A DNA stretch of 45,008 nucleotides, from the IMG/VR virus record IMGVR_UViG_3300038492_000072, positions 1 to 45,008 of that record, one strand, 5' to 3'. The position numbers and the translations under genes are program-made. This stretch comes from a virus. Its lineage: Duplodnaviria; Caudoviricetes. Below the pieces are notes generated by a model. That model searched no databases. It was not told the DNA's origin and saw only the letters and a program-made list of their open reading frames with translations. Positions 1 through 6,812 of this stretch are shown piece after piece (within the stretch, counting starts at the first letter, position 1; the number at the start of each line of letters is the position of its first letter).

Positions 1-17
1 GTTTCCCAGTCACGATC
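1..17 (+). other. Library artefact: Round A/B random-amplification primer tag GTTTCCCAGTCACGATC
   Basis: Exact primer sequence at the contig start. The next 9 nt (18..26) match 44905..44913 with one mismatch, as expected for the N9 random part. Confidence 0.9.
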
Positions 18-22
18 GTTGG

Positions 23-121
23 GGGGCCGGGCTGGGATGCCCACAAAGACATTTATTGATGAAAGGGAAAACAATGCCAATTAGAGTGTGTGTGTGACGC
101 GCGCTAACTCCAAACAGGTCA
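23..121 (+). repeat. 99-bp direct repeat, copy 1 (assembly circularisation overlap)
   Basis: Identical to 44910..45008. It runs through coding sequence and its length equals a common assembler k-mer. Implied unit genome is 44,887 bp. Confidence 0.92.
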
Positions 122-300
122 AAAAGGCGGTAGTGGCAGACTATCCGCAATTAGAGCGCATATTGCCCAAATTGTTCTTTGATAAAGACGTAGTCAGGAT
201 TGAGTTAGCGCGGGACCATGTGTTTGGGGATGACAATAATGTCCTAACACAATTAGGTGTGCGCAACGGTGTTCAACCACCAAAACATAGGGATGGATGA
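74..300 (+). pseudogene. Early hypothetical gene, out of frame within a (GT)5 tract
   Basis: The SD-like AAGGG plus ATG74 reads MPIRVCV-stop. Removing one GT from 86..96 joins it to ORF 88..300 (MPIRVCVTRANSKQ...). Confidence 0.6.
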
Positions 301-464
301 TGGCGATCCGGCTTAAACTCAAGTGCACCAAGCACCCACAATACCAGGCCAAACGCAAACCTAGGGCCAATTGTTCGGCGTGTTGGTCTTTGTGGTGCAT
401 GGCTCAAACATGTGAGACAATCAAAATTGATGGTTCACGGGTAAGACGCGAAAGGTTGAAATAA
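297..464 (+). CDS. Small Cys/His-containing hypothetical protein (55 aa)
   Basis: Manually translated MMAIRLKLKCTKHPQYQAKRKPRANCSACW.... ATGA overlap upstream and TAATG overlap downstream. CxxH...CxxC pattern. Confidence 0.7.
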   Translation: MMAIRLKLKCTKHPQYQAKRKPRANCSACWSLWCMAQTCETIKIDGSRVRRERLK

Positions 465-640
465 TGTTTATACAGATTATTCGGACGGTCTTTGGATTGT
501 CTGTACTGTCATTAGGATGCGGCCTTGCAACGCTGATAGCTATGTCAGGTTATTGGTTTCCAGTCACGACTTTATTTGTTAGTGTAGGGTTACTGATATT
601 AATTTTAGCATGGTTTATCGGCTGGAGTTTTCTGACATGA
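464..640 (+). CDS. Small two-TM membrane protein (58 aa)
   Basis: Manual translation MFIQIIRTVFGLSVLSLGCGLATLIAMSGYWFPVTTLFVSVGLLILILAWFIGWSFLT. Overlapping start/stop on both sides. Confidence 0.7.
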   Translation: MFIQIIRTVFGLSVLSLGCGLATLIAMSGYWFPVTTLFVSVGLLILILAWFIGWSFLT

Positions 641-837
641 ACAACTACACAGCAGTAGGAATTATCGAGGGTTTTGTTGATTGTGATGATGCAGCCGATT
701 ATGTGCGCGCTTGCCAACATGTGCGGGACCACGGACTATTGAGTATACTGCATGGCAGTCTGAATATTCAAGTATCGCACATAGCGGAAATGGCTGACCA
801 AGACTTTGACCTAGCGGTTGAGAATGTGAGTGCATGA
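637..837 (+). CDS. Hypothetical protein
   Basis: ATGA overlap and upstream GGAG; part of ORF 610..837. Confidence 0.7.
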   Translation: MNNYTAVGIIEGFVDCDDAADYVRACQHVRDHGLLSILHGSLNIQVSHIAEMADQDFDLAVENVSA

Positions 838-922
838 GTTTAGACCTGTTGGCATGGGCATTGCTTGTGTCAACTAGCCTGCACTCATGCGGGACATTGA
901 CCAAATTGAAAGGATTGACAAT

Positions 923-1243
923 ATGAAAGTATCAACAATGCTAATAGGTTCGGCGGCACTTGTAGGTGTGTTCGCACTATCCCTCGCCATAGCGAATGCG
1001 GATGAATTGCCTAGCGACCTGCCAATTGTTGAGCGCGCGGCGGTTGCGAAAGTAGCTAAGCCGGATGACATGGACGGATGTATCACAGCCGGGAAGGGGT
1101 TTAGCTGGGTGAAAGTGACGGGCCGCACTCAAGACCGGACATACTTCCAATTTGTGAGCTATGACAAAGGCAAAAAGGTGTGGCGCGAAACCTTGCGTAT
1201 GGCCCGCGCGGATCGCTTCATAGTCAAAGACAACTGCAAATAA
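923..1243 (+). CDS. Exported/periplasmic hypothetical protein
   Basis: SD AAGGA. The N-terminus MKVSTMLIGSAALVGVFALSLAIANA/DE is a classic signal peptide with an ANA cleavage site. Confidence 0.75.
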   Translation: MKVSTMLIGSAALVGVFALSLAIANADELPSDLPIVERAAVAKVAKPDDMDGCITAGKGFSWVKVTGRTQDRTYFQFVSYDKGKKVWRETLRMARADRFIVKDNCK

Positions 1244-1290
1244 GTTTGGACCTGGGTACACCTTACGGGGTGTGCCCTAGCCTGCACTTA
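1241..1290 (+). promoter_or_regulatory. Intergenic stem/internal loop/stem (RNase III-site-like), copy A
   Basis: Lower stem TAAGT/ACTTA starts at the stop codon; upper stem GGGTACACCT-TACG-GGGTGTGCCC. Confidence 0.6.
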
Positions 1291-1318
1291 GGCAGGGATT
1301 TGATAAGGAGTATACGGA

Positions 1319-1390
1319 ATGTCAATAAACTGGAAAGTCGTTGCCATTACAGGCGGCGCAATCATTTTGGCACTCATTCTGCTATCATGA
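1319..1390 (+). CDS. 23-aa single-TM peptide
   Basis: Strong SD TAAGGAG; MSINWKVVAITGGAIILALILLS; ATGA overlap with the next gene. Confidence 0.55.
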   Translation: MSINWKVVAITGGAIILALILLS

Positions 1391-1725
1391 GCCTAGCCAA
1401 AAACCCGGACGAAAAGACCATTGCGCAATTGTTGATGGAAAAACCCCAGACAATTGCCCTAGGTGGTATAATCGGCAACACAACAGCGGAAATTTTAAAC
1501 GAGTTTGGTCCTAGCGTTGATGAAAAGACTTTTCTTGACGCCATGGGCATGGTTACAAAATTTGCGGTGGATACTTGTGTTGCAATTGGGCACGACAAGC
1601 AAGAGTGTATAGCGCGGCTGATTGAATTAGTTTCATCCGCAACTACACACGACGCAAAGGCTTGGCAAGAGTTTGTGGATGATTGCACAAAAGCAAAAGC
1701 CGCACGCCAAGCACATATCAACTAA
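1387..1725 (+). CDS. Hypothetical protein
   Basis: 3' part of ORF 1180..1725 from the ATGA overlap (MSLAKNPDEK...). Confidence 0.75.
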   Translation: MSLAKNPDEKTIAQLLMEKPQTIALGGIIGNTTAEILNEFGPSVDEKTFLDAMGMVTKFAVDTCVAIGHDKQECIARLIELVSSATTHDAKAWQEFVDDCTKAKAARQAHIN

Positions 1726-1766
1726 CAGATACGGGCGCATCTTGCGAGGTGCGCCCCAGCCTGTTA
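1723..1766 (+). promoter_or_regulatory. Intergenic stem/internal loop/stem (RNase III-site-like), copy B
   Basis: Lower stem TAACAG/CTGTTA starts at the stop codon; upper stem GGGCGCATCT-TGCG-AGGTGCGCCC. Confidence 0.6.
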
Positions 1767-1781
1767 ATTGGAGTACATATA

Positions 1782-2192
1782 ATGGGAAATCTGAATTGGA
1801 ATAGAAGCAGGCAAAAGCAAATCATGGATCGGCGCGGCACAGAACACCATGCCGGTTACAATCAGGCACATTCGTTTCGCCGCCGCCTATTCACCAAACG
1901 GACAAAGACCCGTGGCCCCAGCCCCACCTTCATGCGCACTTTTCGTTCCATTCTGGACAACAGTAACGAGGAATGGTCAACGGCTGAGTTAGCTAAGGCC
2001 ATGGCAGATAAGATTGGTGGGTCTAAGCCACGGATCATGAGCGCGCTTGTGCGGTACGCTAACCTGAATGACGGCACCGGGCATGAACACCTATCAGGAT
2101 ATTTTTACAAGTCTGAGCCGGAACCAATAGAGCGCTACGGCAAAACCGTCATGATACAGCGCAATATATGGCACAAAAGGCGTGACAAATAG
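1782..2192 (+). CDS. Basic hypothetical protein, possible winged-helix DNA-binding domain
   Basis: SD GGAG. The segment EWSTAELAKAMADKIGGSKPRIMSAL resembles an HTH. Confidence 0.65.
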   Translation: MGNLNWNRSRQKQIMDRRGTEHHAGYNQAHSFRRRLFTKRTKTRGPSPTFMRTFRSILDNSNEEWSTAELAKAMADKIGGSKPRIMSALVRYANLNDGTGHEHLSGYFYKSEPEPIERYGKTVMIQRNIWHKRRDK

Positions 2193-2239
2193 GGTTTTTG
2201 CGTCAATAATGGCGCTTTATCGTAGCCAAAGGAGTGACT

Positions 2240-2539
2240 ATGGCAGAAAAGCAAAGGCAGGTTTTTAACGTTAAGGTGACGCGGACGGTTGAAGAAACCG
2301 CGATCATTCAGGTGCGCGGGGAACCGGGCGCCAAATTGACGTTGAAACAGGTGAAAGAACGTGCGCTGAGCAAATACCGCCCACGCACAACTAAATTTAA
2401 ACGGGGCGAGGTCAGCGAGCCGGAACCGATTTCTGTTTACCTTCAATCAGCCATCACTGGTGTGGATGCCAAAGGCAAAGAGAAGTCGCGCAAGGGCCGC
2501 ATGATTTGGTCTATTGACAAAGAGGATGATGACGCATGA
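2240..2539 (+). CDS. Basic hypothetical protein
   Basis: SD AAGGAG before ATG2240. Confidence 0.7.
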   Translation: MAEKQRQVFNVKVTRTVEETAIIQVRGEPGAKLTLKQVKERALSKYRPRTTKFKRGEVSEPEPISVYLQSAITGVDAKGKEKSRKGRMIWSIDKEDDDA

Positions 2540-3525
2540 GCATTATCAATGACTTTGGCGCGATCCGCGCGAACATGGTAAAGACTGGTTTGGTCGACAC
2601 CATGACAGATGAGGCAATTGATGAAGGTCACGGTACAGTCTCTTTAGCGAGCGTTGCGGCGGTTGCGGCTGCCCAACAGGCGCGGCGCGAAATTTCGGCT
2701 TTGATTTGGTGTTCGCTACCGCATGTCACATTGGGTGAATGGGCAGAAGGTCAACATCCGATCTTTCGTGTGACGAACCCGGACGATTGGGCGCGCGGTG
2801 GCCAAAGCATGTATCTCAACTCGGATAAAGTGGCGCAGTTGCGCAAAGAGTACGGCGAACCCTTGTTTCAACCAGGGAAAGTAAACTTGGCGAGCAGGCC
2901 ACGCGATCCGGGCCGCCAAATTGACTACTATTCAGCACTTTATGGTGGGGTTCCGAAACACCCCCGCAACGTGATGGAACAGACACCATACAATGAACAC
3001 GCTGTACTGAGTAGTTTTGAAAATCAACTCAAGCACCGGTTTGATGGTCAACTAGACGTTTGTATACGGAAAGTCCGTGACGATAAGTTTTCTGTTCGGA
3101 CGTATGACAAAACGGGCCATTACAGGTACGTTAGTTGCATATATTGGAGCGAACTAGCGGATCAGGGTGTCACAAAAATCGCGGACTTTATTTATGAAAA
3201 GCATGTTCGTCAACACAACGGTGAACGGGCGGTTCGTTGCATGGACACAATTGGTCCTAAACCATTTGGACAACCCCGAACATTCCAACAAGAGGCGTTT
3301 TTAGACAAACTTGCGGAAGACCTTGGACCAGTTGAAGACATCACAGCTAGTGGACTCAGAGAACGGGGGGCTTTTGTTGGGATAGACTATTCCCAAATGG
3401 AAAACCGTCTGTTGCGTGGTGCCAATAGAGTAGGCAAGACGTTTGCAGAAACAACTAAAGACGTGGACACTGGGACTGATAGCTTTGACTTTGAAAGGGT
3501 CATGAAGGCATACGACGCCTATTGA
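2536..3525 (+). CDS. Hypothetical protein with isolated PolA motif A-like and terminase Walker A-like peptides (candidate decoy)
   Basis: 329 aa, ATGA overlap, SD GAGG; C-terminal FVGIDYSQMENRLL-RGANRVGKTF. Confidence 0.8.
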   Translation: MSIINDFGAIRANMVKTGLVDTMTDEAIDEGHGTVSLASVAAVAAAQQARREISALIWCSLPHVTLGEWAEGQHPIFRVTNPDDWARGGQSMYLNSDKVAQLRKEYGEPLFQPGKVNLASRPRDPGRQIDYYSALYGGVPKHPRNVMEQTPYNEHAVLSSFENQLKHRFDGQLDVCIRKVRDDKFSVRTYDKTGHYRYVSCIYWSELADQGVTKIADFIYEKHVRQHNGERAVRCMDTIGPKPFGQPRTFQQEAFLDKLAEDLGPVEDITASGLRERGAFVGIDYSQMENRLLRGANRVGKTFAETTKDVDTGTDSFDFERVMKAYDAY

Positions 3526-5411
3526 TCCCTAGGCAATCCCCAGCGTAACGGCTGGTCACAAACAACGTAGGCGGATAGATCGTGCTTTGAGCCAGGGTCT
3601 TTCCGCCTTATTAAATTCTGCTCACACTGGCGCACGTTCGCCTGTTCATCCCCCTCCAGTTCTTTGCCCCCGTGCACTACCAAATCAGTGGCGAGCACGT
3701 TTGTGCTAACGCCCCCTGCTTCCCCTTCATTCGCATACGCACCAAGCCGGACTAATGCCGCGCCAACATCCTGGTCAGACCAGAACGCCCTACGTCCCTT
3801 GGCCCCAGTCTTTGGCGGCTCAGTGATCCGCTCCAAAACCATGGAGCTATCAACCTTGTGTCCTTTGAAGTAAAGCGCGTCCGGCTTGTCGGCGTCTTTT
3901 ACTTTGTCCCAAGTGAGCGAGTAAACTTTATTGTCTTCATCCTTTTCAACGCGGGCGATTGCGTCGAAGTCACCCACCCATTTGGATGAGCCGCGCGGGC
4001 TGGTGCCGCCTTTAGCCGTGTGGTGAATGACGACCACTAGGCAATCTAGACTATCAGCAATGTGATACAGCGCCTCTACGGCCAAGCTGGCGTCATCCGT
4101 CTCCGATAGCCCGACCATTGCCTTAGAAAGCGTGTCAATCACGACCAGGCCGGGCTTTACATCGGAACCAATCACTTCATCAATGAAGTCGGAAACGTCG
4201 GATCGGTCTCGGATAGTGGGGACGGCGGGGACAATGAAGAAGGGGTATTCAACATTTGCGTGGCCATGTGTCCTTTCCCAAGCGCGTCGGCGATCTGTGG
4301 CGATACCGCGCGCACCTTCCCCCGCTCCAAATACCACTGGTCTCCTCCCAAATTGTGTGAGACCATAATAATCTGACCCGGTTGCGAGCGATAGAGCCAG
4401 GTCCAAAACAATGAAAGATTTTCCCGAGTAGGCTTCCCCATAAACGAGGAAAACACCCCTGTCTGGTATCCGTTCTGGGACGAGCCATGAAGGTTCTGGC
4501 CAGTTGTCTTGCTCAGAAACCGGGATAAGCCGGAACTTGCTTTTCTTAGGAGTTTCAGTAGTTTCATGTCTTTGTACCTTTTCAAATATAGATAGATCGG
4601 TGACGGCTTTGGACCCGAACTCGTTTTGTCCGCGAAGCCAGCCGCCTTCAATACGCTCCGCTAAATCGTCCGGGTCCCATTTTTCCGTGTTCTGCTTATT
4701 CCACTCTAGCGCAAGCTCAGTTGCCTTCTGAATGCTCAATCCACAGTCTTTTAAGAACGCGCCGATACCGAACCCGCCGTAACCTTTTGGGTCGTGTTGG
4801 TTATCACGCAACCACTGTCGCGCGCGGTCTACGTTGTGGGGCAGGTCCGCGTTCTCCAGGTCGACAAGGCCGGTCTCTTTGTCCCGCTTTTTCCTTATAA
4901 GTACGGATAGCCAGTCGGGCGGGGGGCCAACTGGGCCTGACTTGTCGGTGGTGTAGTCTCCGGGGGTGTCGGTAGGTTTGCAATTGCCCTCAACAAGTGT
5001 GCTACCTGGCATAACGACGTAGCCGCCTTGTGAGCGGACATCAATGCCAGGTGGTAGGGAACCGCGCGCGTTCGTGTAGTCTTTGCCAAGGAACCACAAA
5101 TGTGTGCCGCCTGACGGAGTGTTGTGCACGCGCGCAGGATTGAGTTCTCCATTTTCAATCTCCAAATTAAATATGCTTTCGTCACCCCCGTGCTTGGGGT
5201 CAACGTCCAGAACAAAGTAGCCGGACGCGCCAGGGCAACACCCTATGTTCGCGTCCGGCTCGGCGTCCCACCACTTTCGGATGGTACCAGCATCCGTAGT
5301 GGCGTCGTGGACACCGTTCTCAGTCAAGGGCTCTTTAGCCCCTGGCCTAAGCGGGATGACGTGGAACCCTTGTTGAGCCCAGTCTAAAGCTATCTCTAAT
5401 TTAGTTTTCAA
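3519..5411 (-). CDS. Bifunctional primase-polymerase fused to a RepA/AAA_25-type helicase
   Basis: Prim-pol motifs (GFHVIPL, DATTD, NIG, VLDVD, TPSGGTHLWF, IDVRSQGGYVV); Walker A GEAYSGKS, Walker B VVIDT, HHTAK, RGSS. Confidence 0.93.
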   Translation of the reverse strand: MKTKLEIALDWAQQGFHVIPLRPGAKEPLTENGVHDATTDAGTIRKWWDAEPDANIGCCPGASGYFVLDVDPKHGGDESIFNLEIENGELNPARVHNTPSGGTHLWFLGKDYTNARGSLPPGIDVRSQGGYVVMPGSTLVEGNCKPTDTPGDYTTDKSGPVGPPPDWLSVLIRKKRDKETGLVDLENADLPHNVDRARQWLRDNQHDPKGYGGFGIGAFLKDCGLSIQKATELALEWNKQNTEKWDPDDLAERIEGGWLRGQNEFGSKAVTDLSIFEKVQRHETTETPKKSKFRLIPVSEQDNWPEPSWLVPERIPDRGVFLVYGEAYSGKSFIVLDLALSLATGSDYYGLTQFGRRPVVFGAGEGARGIATDRRRAWERTHGHANVEYPFFIVPAVPTIRDRSDVSDFIDEVIGSDVKPGLVVIDTLSKAMVGLSETDDASLAVEALYHIADSLDCLVVVIHHTAKGGTSPRGSSKWVGDFDAIARVEKDEDNKVYSLTWDKVKDADKPDALYFKGHKVDSSMVLERITEPPKTGAKGRRAFWSDQDVGAALVRLGAYANEGEAGGVSTNVLATDLVVHGGKELEGDEQANVRQCEQNLIRRKDPGSKHDLSAYVVCDQPLRWGLPRDQ

Positions 5412-5829
5412 GGTAGTACACCAACAGTTTTAATTCTTCTAAGGTGCTGTCATTTTTAATGCGGTTAGCTCGTGCAGAAATGACGTGTACGTTAGTTTTG
5501 ATATATCCCAGCGATGGTATAATCCTATCTACACTAGGAGACCAATCATAGTCTCTACCCGCCCCATAGTATAGGGGTTTTCCAAAAATGGGGCAAACAT
5601 CGGGCAAGACTAAGTCTGCGGGTTCTAAATCAAAGGGCACATTAAGTTTTTGTGCCCGGCGTTTTAGTTCCGAACATGTCCTCTTTGGCCAGTAGGGTTT
5701 GGTACGCCTTTTGGCTGCGTATGTTCTTTGGTACTGGCGGCAATATTCTCTAAAAGCTGGGTCTTTGGCACGTTTTTTCCGCATATATTCGCGGTTTCGT
5801 TTACGTTTTTCAGCAGCAGATTGGGTCAT
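5401..5829 (-). CDS. HNH-like homing endonuclease
   Basis: SD AGGAGG; CPIFG...SPSVDRIIPSLGYIKTNVHVISARANRIK motif. Confidence 0.85.
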   Translation of the reverse strand: MTQSAAEKRKRNREYMRKKRAKDPAFREYCRQYQRTYAAKRRTKPYWPKRTCSELKRRAQKLNVPFDLEPADLVLPDVCPIFGKPLYYGAGRDYDWSPSVDRIIPSLGYIKTNVHVISARANRIKNDSTLEELKLLVYYLEN

Positions 5830-5855
5830 TGGGGCTATCCTCCTGGTACAAGGAC

Positions 5856-5905
5856 TTGAATAAGTTGGTGATTGTGAGCATAATCGGGTTTGTTCAATCA
5901 ATCAA
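5856..5905. promoter_or_regulatory. Candidate bidirectional sigma70 promoter with overlapping -10 elements
   Basis: Plus strand TTGAAT-17-CATAAT (5856..5884); minus strand TTGATT-17-TATGCT (5905..5877). Lies between divergent genes. Confidence 0.5.
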
Positions 5906-5921
5906 CCCCTAGGATCGCACC

Positions 5922-6269
5922 ATGCTAATCAATGAAGAAAGCGTTGCTCGCTCGTATGATATGCTCCGGGCGGTCGCTCCCTTCAACCGGTGGAAGCTGC
6001 CCCCATCAAGTGAACTGAAATTCCGCGTTGTCAAGTCCAAAAAATTTGCTGGTGAGTTCCGTGCCATGACGGATAAGCGTCAGCGGCACACAATTTGCAT
6101 ATCATCTATCCACTGTCATCACTTGGACACGTTGGTTTTGATTATGGCGCACGAGATGTGCCATTTGCGCCAGTGTATCAACGGCTGGCCACTCAATCAC
6201 GGGAAAAGATTTGACAAAATGAAAAAGTTAGTGTGTAAATGTCATGGGTTTGACCCAGCAGTATTTTAG
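5922..6269 (+). CDS. SprT-like zinc metalloprotease domain protein
   Basis: HEMCH (HExxH) plus downstream HGKRF. Confidence 0.8.
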   Translation: MLINEESVARSYDMLRAVAPFNRWKLPPSSELKFRVVKSKKFAGEFRAMTDKRQRHTICISSIHCHHLDTLVLIMAHEMCHLRQCINGWPLNHGKRFDKMKKLVCKCHGFDPAVF

Positions 6270-6272
6270 GAG

Positions 6273-6578
6273 ATGTTAATGACTACGACGGCCGAAGGTT
6301 ATCGCAAAGCGGTAGCCATGATCGGGTTCCGCATGGGACCACACATACCCTCTAAACACGCAACCAAACCATTCAAGTCCGAACGTCACGGCAAAAGACG
6401 CAAGCGCGAAATTGCTTTGCTCAAAAGTCGGGCGAGTTCGGAACATCACCAGGCGATTGAGAAAATGACCAACTGGCAACGCACCCAGTATTCCAAAGCG
6501 CTTGCCGCAATGCGTGTCATGGGCGATAAGTCGAACCTGGACCCCATGCCGTTTTTGCGTGCACGGAAGGCGTCTTAA
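6273..6578 (+). CDS. Basic hypothetical protein
   Basis: SD AGGAG; tightly packed in the operon. Confidence 0.7.
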   Translation: MLMTTTAEGYRKAVAMIGFRMGPHIPSKHATKPFKSERHGKRRKREIALLKSRASSEHHQAIEKMTNWQRTQYSKALAAMRVMGDKSNLDPMPFLRARKAS

Positions 6579-6812
6579 ATGTTTGACTTAATTTCATTCA
6601 TTTCTGCACCAGGGAAACAAAAGCGCTGGGATGGAATGTACCGGGTTATTAAACGCACCAATAATGCTGGATACACTTCTATCATTTCTCAAAGCCGTGC
6701 AGAATATGGCTGGCGGGATGAAGACTACCATGTCTCAGAACAAGACGCTATCGAAGCTTGCCAAAAGCAGTGGGACAAACTCATTAAATCAAAGATTGTT
6801 ATAGCAGAATGA
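6579..6812 (+). CDS. Hypothetical protein
   Basis: Abuts the upstream stop; ATGA overlap with the helicase. Confidence 0.65.
   Translation: MFDLISFISAPGKQKRWDGMYRVIKRTNNAGYTSIISQSRAEYGWRDEDYHVSEQDAIEACQKQWDKLIKSKIVIAE

Noticed and set aside
23-121. Biological terminal direct repeat
   Set aside because: It is exactly 99 bp, cuts through genes and is preceded by a primer tag; an assembly overlap explains it better.
556-570. GTTTCCAGTCACGAC resembling the M13/amplification primer
   Set aside because: The match is imperfect and lies in frame within an intact membrane-protein ORF; probably coincidence.
2536-3525. Annotation as a genuine or truncated DNA polymerase or terminase
   Set aside because: Only short motifs match, they come from unrelated enzymes, and intact polA and terL exist elsewhere in the genome.
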